A stretch of DNA of 64,000 nucleotides from Malacoraja senta. Its lineage: Eukaryota. The stretch's first letter is position 1, and every line of letters begins with the position of its first letter. The notes beneath the pieces are model-generated. The model was not told the origin of the DNA, searched no databases, and saw nothing but the letters and a program-made list of their open reading frames with translations. This document shows positions 1-11,589 of the stretch, piece after piece. A program made the position numbers and the translations under genes. The DNA is taken from NCBI GenBank assembly GCA_038087875.1, contig JAXLNO010004883.1, forward strand, positions 1-64,000, in the 5' to 3' direction.

Positions 1-220
1 AATAATGTTACAAGACAGTTACTCTGCTGTTTGTTGATTGAGTGTTAAAACCTGGCAGAATTGTTTTGTGTTCCAGGGTAAATGTCCTCACCAAAGAAAC
101 TAGAGTAGTATCTTCACCAAATATACTAGAGTAGTATCTTTGGTCCTCACTGCCCTGCATCTCTCCCCTTCCGTTCAAATCCAGCACCAAAGATAACTAA
201 TATAGTGGAGGCGAGAGATT

Positions 221-515
221 GTTCTCTCCTCTCCTCTCCCCCTCCCTTCCCCTCGCCTCTCTCCTCATCCCCATCTATTCCCCACATCTCCTCTTTTCTT
301 CCCCCTTCCTCCTCTCCTCTCCTCCCCTCCTCTGCTCCCTCTCCTCTCCCCATCACCTCTCCTCTCGTCTCTCCTCTCCCCTCACCTCACCTCCTCCCCT
401 CCACTCTTCTCTCCCCTCCCCTCTTCTCTCCTCCTCTCCTCTCCTCTCTCCACCCCTCTCCACTGCCCTCCTTCCCGCTGTTCTCCACTCCATCTCTCTT
501 CTCCTCGGCTCTCTT
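221..515. repeat. Homopyrimidine (CT-rich) low-complexity tract
   Basis: Almost pure C/T on the + strand. The ORFs over it are S/P/L-only low-complexity artefacts. Confidence 0.95.
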
Positions 516-516
516 C

Positions 517-1595
517 TAAGGAAGTGGTTCTAGAAATTGTGGATGCATTGGTGATAATTTTCCAAATGTTCTATAGATTCAGGATCAGTTCCTGTGGATT
601 GGAGGGTAGCTAATGGTATCCCATTTTTTAAGAAAGGCGGGACAGAGAAAACAGGGAATAATAGACCAGTTAGTGGTGGGGAAGATGCTGGAGTCAATTA
701 TAAAAGATGAAATAGCGGCACATTTGGATAGCAGTAACAGGATTGGTCCGAGTCAGCATGGATTTACGAAGGGGAAATCATGCTTGACTAAACTTCTGCA
801 ATTTTTTGAGGATTTAACTACGAAAATCGACAATGGAGAGTCAGTGGATGTAGTGTACCTGGACTTTAAGAAAACATTTGATAAGGTCCCAAATAGGAGA
901 TTATTGGGCAAAATTAGGGCACATGGTATTGAGGGTAGAGTGCTGACATGGATAGAAAATTGGCTGGCAGACAGGAAACAAAAAGTAGGGATTAACGGGT
1001 CCCTTTCAGAATGGCAGGCAGTGACTAGTGGGGTACCACAAGGCTCGGTGCTGGGACCGCAGCTATTTACAATATACATCAATGATTTAGATGAAGGGAT
1101 TCAAAGTAACATCAGCAAATTTACTGTGAGGAGGATGCTGTGAGAATGCAGTGTGATGTGGACAGGTTGTGTGAGTGGGCATATGCTTGGCAGACGCAGT
1201 TTAATGTCGATAAATGTGAGGTTATCCACTTTGGTAACAAAAACAGGAAGGCAGATTACTATCTAAATGGCGTCACGTTGGGAAAAGGGGGAGTACAATG
1301 GGATCTGGGGGTCCTTGTTCATAGGTCAATGAAAGTAAGCATGCAGGTACAGCAGGCAGTGAAGAAAGCGAATGGCATGTTGGTCTTTATAACAAGAGGA
1401 GCTGAGTATAGGAGCAAAGAAGTCCTTCTGCAGTTGTACAGGGCCCTAGTGAGACCACACCTGGAGTATTGTGCGCAGTTTTGGTCCCCTAATTTGAGGA
1501 AGGACATTCTTACTATTGAGGGAGTGCAGCGTAGGTTTACAAGGTTTATTCCCGGGATGGCGGGACTGACATATGCTGAGAGAATGGACCGGCTG
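517..1595 (+). mobile_element. CR1 LINE fragment (RT region, frameshifted, truncated at both ends)
   Basis: Motifs [51 protein letters not shown] and [19 protein letters not shown]. It matches the CR1 copy at 11590-14157. Confidence 0.92.
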
Positions 1596-1596
1596 A

Positions 1597-1895
1597 GTGA
1601 TAAATGTCAACATCTAGAGGCTAACCTAGCACATACTTTTGTAAACTGTATAAAAATCAAACATTTCTGCATTGATATTTTTAGAATAATTTCTGAAGTT
1701 ATTAATACTAAATTAGATCCCGATTCAAAACTAATAATACTTGGCATAACAGAACAAAGTCTAACACTCACAACAAACCAAAGAGACTTTCTTGACTACA
1801 GTATAATAACTGGGAAAAAATTAATACTGACATTTTGGAAAGGCCCTATAACCCCCACAATTGAAATGTGGATTATGGAAATGTCGGAGACCCTA
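1597..1895 (+). mobile_element. L1-clade LINE ORF2 C-terminal fragment (Cys/His motif region)
   Basis: DKCQHLEANLAHTFVNCIKIK...KLIILGITEQSLTLTT...KGPITPTIEMWIMEMSETL is nearly the same as the C-terminus of the minus-strand L1 at 31421-31810. Confidence 0.88.
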
Positions 1896-2120
1896 TGTAG
1901 ATCAGTGCATGCTCCTTTAACATAGTGACCTCACCACTACTAACCACTCCCCATTATCTTCAGTATAATTGTAGCCTCCCCACCCCCAGCTCTCTCTCTA
2001 GCTCCGGTGACGGACCACGAACAGCTAGGGCACTATGTGTGTGTATGATTACTATGTCTGCAATAAACTAGTAATGAAGACTTCACGTGTCTGACAAGTC
2101 TTTACATGGTGTCACAAAGT
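1896..2120 (+). mobile_element. Short LTR (TG...CA, 1896-2106) with PBS-like stub, probably Ty3/Gypsy, with no internal region
   Basis: Begins TGTAG and ends TTACA, with AATAAA at about 2062. It is followed at once by TGGTGTCACAAAGT, close to the tRNA-Leu PBS TGGTGTCAGAAGT. Confidence 0.6.
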
Positions 2121-2782
2121 CCAACCTTGCGTCTCCTGTCTATCGTTTTTTGTTGTTGTTTTCTCCCAGTTTTTCTTTTCCAACCCTTTATTTACCATGG
2201 CCAACTCGTGTCGTAAGCCTGACATGCTGGTGTTTGACTCCGACTGAAGACCCCTGGCGCCTGTACAATATTCTGTCGGCGTGGGGCGTTTTGGCATTTG
2301 CAATACTGAGGATCAGGACATATTTCCAAATCAGAATGGCGGTCAATTTGGATCTTGATCTGCAGGTGCTATTTTTACACGGTAGATTTCAAAGGGAGAA
2401 TAGCACTAATTGCCCGCTTGGAAAGCGAAAGGGTGTTGATTCCACCGTCCAGAGGAAAATGATTATAATTTCCCATTCAGTGGCCAAACGTAACACCAGT
2501 CCAAATGAGTCTTTTCTTCCCAGGAGATAAACACTTACAGCTTCCAAGTTCGCGCGAGTCCCACTGTGTGGTCAAAAGGCTGGTGATTCAATTATTATTT
2601 GAACAGAGATTGATGGAGGAGGAGTTAGCTTGGTAAAGTTATTGAGTGTTAAGGCAGTTTACATCTTGCTACAATACTACACCTGCAAACAACTTTGCTG
2701 ACATTCACACATTTCCTAAACATGGAAGTCATATCTATACCAAAATCCTTGATTTAAATCAGTTCATACAAACAAAAATTAA

Positions 2783-2980
2783 GGGCAGCTTCGCAGCAGC
2801 CGAACAGATGCCTCGCAGCGTCTGAGACGCGGGTTTGATCCCGACTGCGGATGCTATCTGTGTGAACGTCGTAGGTTCACACTGACTGCGTGTGTTTTCT
2901 CCGGGCGCTGGTCTCCACCCACATTCCAAACTCGTGCAGGTTTATAGGTTAATTGCCCCTAGTAAGATGTGTAAGGTGCC
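2783..2980 (+). mobile_element. tRNA-derived V-SINE (HE1-like), decayed
   Basis: B-box-like GGGTTTGATCCCG followed by the V-domain-like ...ttttctccggg...ccacattccaaa...gcaggtttataggttaattg. Confidence 0.75.
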
Positions 2981-2989
2981 AAGGTGGGA

Positions 2990-3400
2990 TTAAGTCATCG
3001 AATCACACTTCGGTGAAACGGGCTTTTCGGCACAGCATGCCCCATCTACATTATTCCCAACTCCCCACGCTTGGCTCATAACCCGCTAAACCTATCATAT
3101 GCATGTACCTGTCCAATTGTCTGTTTATTGTTATGATAGTACCTGTCTCAACCTCCTCCTCTGGCAGCCCGTTCCATATACCCACCACTCTTTGTGTAAA
3201 ATATTTACCCCCCAGGTTCCTATTAAATCTCGCCACTCACCCCCTCTCACCGTAAACCTATACCCTCTGGTTCTCGAGTCCCCTATTGTGAGCAAAAAAC
3301 TCATGCGCATTTACCTGATTGATTGCTCTCATAATTTTGTAAACCTCTTTCAGATCACCCCATCCTCTTGCACTCTAAGGAATGAAATCAGAGCCTTCTC
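2990..3400 (-). mobile_element. CR1 LINE 3' fragment
   Basis: Minus-strand translation RFNRNLGGKYFTQRVVGIWNGLPEE...DRYM is typical of the CR1 ORF2 C-terminus. Confidence 0.75.
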
Positions 3401-3664
3401 AACCTCACCCTCCCTGAACATAGACTCAGTGACTTGCAGAACAGTTCAGCATAGGAACAGGCCCTTGGGCCCACACCTTCTGTTCTGAACGTGATGACAA
3501 GTTGAACTAATCTCCTCCACCAACACATGTTCCATATCCTTCCTTTCCCTGCATATCTATGCCTTTCAAAAGACTTCAAATGCCACTATCAAGTCTCCTT
3601 GTAAATCTTCTCTGGACTCTTTCCAGCTGGTGTGTTAAAAACAAAGTGCATGAAGAATTCAGTG

Positions 3665-3815
3665 TGTCAGGCAGCATCTGTGGTGGGAATCGACTGACAA
3701 CGTTTTGAAGTCACCAGTCTGAACAAGAGTTCCAGCCTGAAATGTCGGTGGTTGATTCCATCCCACAGATGTTGCCTGACCCACTGTGTTCCTCCAACAG
3801 TTTTGCTCAACGATC
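3665..3815. mobile_element. Palindromic short Penelope-derived element (decayed hammerhead-type core)
   Basis: Inverted arms caggcagcatctgtggtgggaat / attccatcccacagatgttgcctg surround ctgaacaagagttccagcctgaaatgtc. It belongs to the same family as 24578-24685. Confidence 0.5.
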
Positions 3816-5496
3816 CAATATCTGCAGTTTCTAGTATCCCCAGATATCTGTTAACTGTTACCATTTAATTGCCCTATTTATTACATTTTGTATTACATTC
3901 TGTTAAATTATGTTGCAGTCTTGGAAATGTTTTCACCTCAGCTGCGAACCTGCATTCCTAGTGTACATTGCTACTTTAATCATGCTAAATTATGATCATT
4001 GCCATCAAAACACCTCATCACTACCACTACAATACTACTCCCATCTTGCAGCCAAGCAATACCCACCATTTTCTATACAGTCGCCTTAATACGATTTCTT
4101 AAATTAATTTGAGAACATCTGCACTCTGCTTCAGTGACAGATAATATTAAGTGTAAATTCACAACTATTTATTGTTCTGGGGTGGGTTATTTTGCACCAT
4201 ATAAACAGGCCAAATATTTATCCTTCCGTATCCCTAAGTTTATTTGATATACAATGATAATACAAATCAATGGATAATTTAAATGTTTACTGTGCTGATG
4301 GAGACCATTCATCCTATCAGGCCAATGCCACCTCTCTACTGGAGAAAATCACTTGTTCAACCCCAGCCCTTCGACTGTAGTTTTGCATGTTTTTGCTCAC
4401 AATTAGTTTATCCAATTCTCTCTTTTGTGATGAAACATAAATAGGATTCGGATCAATGAACGGAGAAAGAAAATTTCAGGGGTACAAATGACTATCTTTA
4501 TTACATCAAAATACAAGATAAAGCGTTAAAAAAGAAATGAATCTCATGGCTTTCAGCTCAATGTGTTAAATGATAGAAGCCGTGGCAAATACCATCAAGT
4601 CTCACAGTCTTCTGCCCATTGGAGACTCCTATTTATGATGGCTGGTATAGAGATCTGGCAGGCCCAGCCACTGTACTTCAAAAGCTCTGCATTAAATCAA
4701 GCACCGAGCTATTCTTGCATGTCTCGGAGAAAAGAAAGGTTTAACTTATCCTTTAGCTACACTGTAAATATCCTTGTAGGCTCCTCCATAATTTCCCAGT
4801 TATTCTAAGCGAGCCCTCAATCATCTAATTGTTTCCCAAAGCCAGCCTACTTGCTTACCATAAAGTGCAGTTAGCAGAAAATGTCATCATAGGTGAAAAC
4901 CCTGTTTACCTTTTCCAATGCACTAAGGGCATAATTGAGCCAATTACACAACATCTACGTGCCGTAAACTTGAAATTCCAAACGCACGTTGCATAGAATT
5001 CCTTGTCCACTCTCAAACCCTCCAGCAAAGCGAGCAGCCTCCCTATCCATTCTTCCCATCAAAGATTGATAATTTTCCAGAGCTCCAAGAACTTAATATG
5101 TGATTCACCACCCTCTGACTCTAGAGATTCCTCCTTATCCCTTTCTAAAGATACATCATGTTATTCTGAGAAATGTACTTGCCAAGACCATGGCATCTGC
5201 AGTTTTAGTCTCCTGATCTTAGGAAGAATGTTCTTGTTATGCAGGGAGTGCTGTGAAGGTTCATCAGATTTCAGGGATGGGAGTACTAATGTATGAAGGG
5301 CGATTTGGGTGATTAGATTTACATTGTGATTAGGACCATTCAAAATCAACTACAACATTCTTATGGGCTGTACAGATTCAAGAGAGTTTTATTGTCATAT
5401 GTCCCAGGTAGTACAATGAAATTCTTACTCACTGCAGCACAATGGAATATGTAAACATAGTACATGGTAAACAATATGAAAAACGAGAAAGAGAAA

Positions 5497-5674
5497 NNNN
5501 NNNNNNNNNNNNNNNNNNNNNNNNNNNNNNNNNNNNNNNNNNNNNNNNNNNNNNNNNNNNNNNNNNNNNNNNNNNNNNNNNNNNNNNNNNNNNNNNNNNN
5601 NNNNNNNNNNNNNNNNNNNNNNNNNNNNNNNNNNNNNNNNNNNNNNNNNNNNNNNNNNNNNNNNNNNNNNNNNN
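5497..5674. other. Assembly gap (178 N)
   Basis: Run of N flanked by GA-rich sequence. Confidence 1.
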
Positions 5675-5979
5675 AAGAGGGAAATCCGGTCAGTTCAGGA
5701 CCCAGTGGTCACAATCTGATGATCAGGCTTCAAGTTGAGATGAAGAGCGATTACTTCTCCCACAGAATGATGAAGGTGTGCAATGTTATACCACTGGAAG
5801 CAGTTGAACACAGATCATTGAATTTATACAAAGAGTTATATGTTATTTGTATGGTCAAAGGATCAGAGAAATAAAAGGATCAAGGTATAAATTTTAGGTC
5901 ACAATTGATCACATGGAATAATAGTTGAGGCTCAAATGCCTGAATTCCTATTACTTTTATATTATGCATTTCAACATTT

Positions 5980-7100
5980 TTGTATTTATCGTGGCCACAT
6001 TTCCTCTGCATCGAAGAACATGATAACTGGGATGCTTAAAAGGAACCGAGACCCTGGTGCCAATGCCTTTTTGCAGACGCATACATTGGTTTGGTGTACA
6101 CAAAGCGAGGACAAATCAGAAATAATTTTCTGAACACGCCATCCATTTCTATTTCAATGTGCTTACCCAAGATACAAAAAAACACTATATTAATCTATAT
6201 TAAAAAATGTTTGGATAAAATAAACAAAACACGGTCATCAAATGTCCCTGGGTAAGTCATCCACCCCCTGCCCTCCACCCCTTTGAGAAGTGGCTGAAGG
6301 GAGATATTAAAATACATAAAGCTTTTAAATGAATCACTATGGTGAAAACATTTCCACCATAAAATCCAGCAGGGAATTCGACAGAGAATGCTCCCTCTCC
6401 TCCCCTCCCACCCAATACAGGTGAGAATGAGGATCCAGATCAATGAATTGCATTCAGGGGAAGGCTGGGCAAACACAAAAGAGAAAAGAATAGTCGGTTC
6501 TACATTGGAGAATCCAGCATAGACTTGCCAACCATGTTGCAGATCGCATAAGGTGGGAAGAGGGTCATGTGGACTATATGCAGCAGTATTGGCAGGATCG
6601 GCAGAGTGGCCTGTTCCTTCACACTTGTCTCCACTACAACCTTGTATTACTTTGACTGCCAATTCATTTTTGATCATTTTGTTCCCATTTATTCTTTAAA
6701 AAATACAAAATCAACTTTGACGTAAGATAACTGTGATTGATGCTGTTGCAAATAAATGGAGGCCCTACATTTTCTTAACAACAATTTAATTTTGCGCCTT
6801 GCATATTATATCTTTCATATTGTATCTTGCACATTCCATATATCTTGCCTTTACTTCGCAACATGAAGCCACTATAACAACAGGGTGCAATCCAATGTGT
6901 TTACTTGGATTTCATGCCAATCTATTTCCAAAAATCTTATACGCAATGGTCTATTCATCAAGCACATTCTACAGGCAACTATTATTAGGTGAAATCTCAA
7001 GAGCAGAACTTGTACCAAATGAGCCACATAAAATGAACTTGATCACTGTACCACCAATCACCGTGGAAAATTTTATATTCTTATGGATGATAAATTCTCT
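5980..7100 (-). mobile_element. Heavily decayed Tx1/L1-like LINE ORF2 remnant
   Basis: Weak minus-strand similarities only: YKIFGNRLA...GLHP (resembles DYKIxxKxLANRL...IHPDQ) and WQVYAG...C..C...LQPLL (resembles the Tx1 C-terminal region). Confidence 0.4.
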
Positions 7101-8129
7101 GCATTAGATTAGAAATGTACAAAGTACAAACAATCAAGACTTTTGACATCATCAAATAACCAAGCGTTATGTAACAACATTTATTGGTGCTGTGTCTCAG
7201 ACTAAATGCAGTGTTAAAACAAAATATATTCTATCCAATAATGACTGTAGCTAATGGAATCTGCAACTAAAAACAGAAGACTGAAAGCATTCAATGGCTC
7301 AAGCAAAATTATTGGGACAAATGGTTGATGTCACAAATAGGGTCAAGAACCTGCACCAGGCCTGTGAGGGAAGAGGATGAGTTGCCAATATATAGCAATC
7401 AGGGAGGGATAGGACAGAGGCTGGTAGATCAAACATAGAACCAGATGGGGAGAGGATAATGGGTAGATGGAAACAGGTAGGAGAGGAGGAGGAAGATGCA
7501 AACAACAGGAGAATAAACTGTTCAAATGAGACAGAGGTTCACTTGCACCTCTTTCAACTTTCTCTACTGCATTCATTACTCACACTGTGGAGAAACTAGC
7601 TTAGATGTCAACCATTTTGTAGAGCACATCCCTTTGAAGTAAAGATCATCCTGAGATCTGTTGTATGGTATTTTAATACCCCTTCCCACTCTCACACTCA
7701 CCCATCTGTCGTTAACCTTGGGCACAGAAAGTTTTAAGTAAAATATCTGATAATCCACCTGGGTAACTTACAAGCCGATGGTATGAATATAAAGTTTTCA
7801 CATTTCAGCTTATCCATACCACTGGTGTTTATTTGTTCTCCCACAACCACCCATACACCAACTTTGCTCCATCTGCCCATCATCCCCTCCCCAGCTGATT
7901 CCACCTGCCACTTACCAGCCTCTGCCCCATTCCTCCTTCAAACTGTTAGAATCCTCTCCTTCAATTCTAATGCAGTGCCTTGCCTTGAAATGTTGGTATA
8001 TGTCATTTGCCTCCATAGATGCTGTTTGACCAAGTACTTCCACTGGCCTTTCTTTAGTCTAAAATTCTTGTTGGAAATAACCACAAAGTCTTACTCTATC
8101 TATAATTGAAACCATTTAATTGGTGCTTA

Positions 8130-9110
8130 GAGAGCTTTCTAAAATCATGAGGGCGATTGATCAGGATTTATTTTACCCAGGGTAGGGTAATCAAGAACCA
8201 GCAAAAACAGGTTTAAGCAGTGTTCAATGCTAATTTTTTAGGTGTCGGAGCTGTCAAACAGGGGCATTTCAGATTTTGCTGGGGGGGGGGCAAGCTAGTC
8301 TCCCTAGAGGGTCAAACAAGATTATAGCCTACATCCCAGTGTATAGCTAGTACATTAAAACATATAATACTTAATTTAATTATGACAAAATATTGCACGG
8401 TTGCACTCACTGATTATCATGAAATATAATTATGAAGCAAGTAAAGAAAAATACAGTTATCATGTATTTTTACAGAGGTGCCGGCAAGACACCGACTCGC
8501 CCTGGCTATCCTGCAGCTCTGGGCCTTCACACACACACATACACACACTCACACACTCTCACCCTCACACCCATTCACCTACACACCCACCCACTCACTC
8601 ACCCACCAGAGTTCCAGGCTCAGCTCCAGGCCCACAACCACAAACGATGCACACATCACATGGTCTGACTGCTGCATCATAGTGTTCCCCTCCTCCTACA
8701 GGGAACCTCAGTAGTGATGGATCTTCCCCTTACCCCTCTTTTAATCAGGTTACCCCGACCACATCCGCTAGTTAAAATTCCACGCTGTTTATTTTTTCTT
8801 TAACAGAGGTGCCGGATCGGTGCTCAGGTGAGCTCCGGCAGCACTGCACCCCTGGGTTTATGGTGAGGAGGAAGATTTAGTAGGAACCTGAGAGGCAACC
8901 TTTTCTACTAAGAGGTTACTGGGTGTATGGAATGAGCTGCCAGCGAAGGCAGAATAACAACATTGAAAAGACACTTGGACAGGTACATGGATAGAACATG
9001 TTGAGAGGAAAGTGGGCCAAACGCTGGCAAATGTGACTAACCTAGATGTAGCATCTTGTTCAGCTTGGAGCATTAGGCTGAACTACCTGCTTCCATGCTA
9101 TATGGCTCCA
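8130..9110 (+). mobile_element. CR1 LINE 3' fragment interrupted by a DNA-transposon-like insert
   Basis: CR1 3' sequence (aagaacc...ggtttaag | ggtgaggaggaagatttagtaggaacctgagaggcaac...gtatggaatgagctgcc) resumes after position 8854. Confidence 0.7.
8218..8854. mobile_element. Non-autonomous hAT-like DNA transposon / MITE
   Basis: Ends CAGTG...CCCTG with imperfect TIRs. Flanked by 8-bp near-duplication GGTTTAAG (8210-8217) / GGTTTATG (8855-8862). Carries repeated subterminal GTGCCGG motifs. Confidence 0.55.
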
Positions 9111-10009
9111 TGACTCTTTGTTAGATGAACATAAACAGGGCAAATGGAGTTTAATGATGGAAAATATGTGCTCACACACTCTGGTAAGAGCAATTAAAAG
9201 AAGCTATTATCTAAATGGAGTGAGATAGCAAATGAGTGGAGTACAAGAGATTCAAGTGCTTAAAGTGCAAAACAAAAAGCCAGCAGGTAGATGCAGCACG
9301 CAACGCAGAAGGTGAGTAGCATATTGACGTTCAAAGTAGGTTACTATTGTAATTATGGTGCATGATGTTGCTAAGGACAAACCAGGAGCACTGTGCGCAG
9401 CTTGGTCCTCAAATTTAAGAAAGGATATATTAATATTTGATATCAGCTAGAAGAGATTTCTGGAATAAGCAAGTGTTGCCTAACCATGAATGGCTGAAAT
9501 CACTGGTTCTGTGTCCCTTGGAGATGACAAGAAACAGAGCTAACCTTATGAATGTATTAAAGAGGCATGATGTGGTGGTGAATTGATGGATAATGCGTGG
9601 ATATATTCTAAAAGAACAGGGAATTGTGTCTTATATGGAATAAGCACAGTAAAGGAGTTGAGGCCTCAGTTATATCAGCTGTTATCAACATAAATTGCTA
9701 GATAGCTCTAATTTGTACAAATGCAGGGCAGACTATTGAGAATTTCTGTCATGTTTGATAAACTTAATTTAACTTTTTCCATTTATTTCAGTTCCTGCAT
9801 TTTAATCATATCCATGAAATCTTCTACTCAGCGATTGGTTAGCAGTGCACGTTCTGCTTTGGTTGAATATTTTGATAATCTGAGGAGGGAAATTAAATAT
9901 TAGACAACAAAGAAATGGCATAGCAGAGAAGAGAACTCAGAAAGATGCAACTAGTTTATTCGCTTTAACTGTTGATTCATCCCACATAACATCTTCCTAC
10001 CAGATATAA

Positions 10010-10260
10010 AGGCACAGCGCCAGACACCTGGGTTTGATCCTGACCACGGGTGATGTCTGTACGGAATTTGTACCTTCTCCCTGTGACTGCATAGGTTTTC
10101 TCCAGGTGCTCCAGTTTCCTCCCACATTCCAAAGACAGATGTGCAGGTTTGTAGGTTAATTGACTTGTGTTCCTAGCTTATGTGGGTGATCATTGGTTGG
10201 TGCGGACTCAGTGGGCCAAAGTGTCTGTTTCAATGCTCTCTCTCTAAACTAAACAAAAAA
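10010..10260 (+). mobile_element. V-SINE (HE1-like)
   Basis: gggtttgatcctgac B-box, then V-domain ...ggttttctccaggtgctccagtttcctcccacattccaaagac...ggttaattg. Confidence 0.8.
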
Positions 10261-10324
10261 CTCAATACTCCTTCAAATAGTTTCGTTCACACAAGTTCTA
10301 TGTTATCTAACTTTCGCTTCCACA

Positions 10325-10521
10325 CTCGGGTCAAATTACAGAGACCAATTAACCCATAAACCTGGCATCTTTAGTATGTGTGTGAAAACTGGAGGACAGT
10401 GGAAACCCATGCGGTCATAGGGAATACATGCAAACTTCACACAGCCGACAACCGAGGTTATGATTGAACTGACGTCTATGACGCACTGAGGCAGCAGCTC
10501 TATCAGCAGCGCCACTCTGCC
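10325..10521 (-). mobile_element. V-SINE (HE1-like), decayed
   Basis: Reverse complement of the same SINE head and V-domain (ccaattaaccc...gaaacccatgcggtca...tgcaaacttcacacag...tgaggcagcagctct). Confidence 0.7.
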
Positions 10522-10779
10522 TCAGGTTGCGTCATGTTCAGCACAAACGTTGTTGGACAAAGGACCTGTTCCTCTATTACAGGGGCATTCCTATTCATCG
10601 TAAAATTCAGCGAACTCAGCACCATTGGGTCACTGGAAATATTCCCTGCCTGACCATCAGATCCCTCCAGATGAGTCGGACAGACACCAGTTAGGCAGCA
10701 TCTGCCTGCAAATGATTCATGTCCCTCAAACCCCTGCATCTCCATGCACCCACGAAGGTGCACGCCAGACGCCACCATC

Positions 10780-10979
10780 CCTGGCAGTGCTTTCCAGGCA
10801 CACACTGTCCTTCCTGTATATATTGTCCTTCGTACGATATTGTCTGTATTATTTATTATTTATTGTGGTGTATGTGGTGGATGTATTGTACTGAATTGTA
10901 TTTGTCTGAGAGCGAACCAAGACACATTCCTATCAACTTGTTGACATGGCAATAAACTTCTTGAACTTGAACTTGAACA
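10780..10979 (+). mobile_element. 3' end of a non-LTR retrotransposon (Rex1/RTE-like) with (GAACTT)n tail
   Basis: AATAAA followed by cttcttgaacttgaacttgaac. The family assignment is tentative. Confidence 0.45.
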
Positions 10980-11589
10980 CACCACATAGTATGTAATAGA
11001 AACTTGCCCTTTTAAAAAACTGCAGCTTCTACCCTGCACTGAATATAATGCAATAAGTTAAATGCCATAGTAGGCATTTGGTTAATTGGGATAATTTTAG
11101 TTAATTGGGAGGTGTGATGGCAAATCTTGTACAATATCATAAACCAAGTAAAATGTGACAAAGTCAAAATGGCCAGGCACAAAGAACAGAATAATCATGA
11201 ACATCAATAACATGTCAATAACTAGACTCTCCCAGTCGCAGCATGCTGTAAGGTTGCAAACTCGTTTGCTCCCTTAACTTTTAACTTCCACTGACCACTC
11301 TTTCAATGTTACTGGTGACTATTTGACTTCAAGACACTGTCTAACTGTTCATAAAGTGTTGATAACACTTTTACACGCCTTAATCGTGAAAAGGATGGAG
11401 ACAAGAAGGAAAGGAGGATCCCCAAAGAAGGAACTGGGGAAAAGCCACAACCACAGCTGCAGCTTCTGATTCCAGCATCATAGAAGCAATATCGAAAATG
11501 AACGATGAATTGAAAATTGAGCTGAAAAATGAAATGAAAACAAGATTTGGCAGTTTGGAAGAAATGGTGAAAGGAGTTTCGACCAAATT

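Noticed and set aside
147-533. ORFs 147-356, 205-519 and 219-533
   Set aside because: Translations of a homopyrimidine tract.
2190-2560. Minus-strand hydrophobic frame (KLTAILIWKYVLILSIANA) and a GTAAGT donor near 2540 as host exons
   Set aside because: No in-frame Met or compatible acceptor, stops nearby, and no recognisable homology.
5442-5874. ORFs spanning the N run (also 52928-53483)
   Set aside because: They are open only because of the N bases.
8401-8714. His/Thr-rich ORFs
   Set aside because: Translations of a (CA)-rich microsatellite inside the MITE-like insert.
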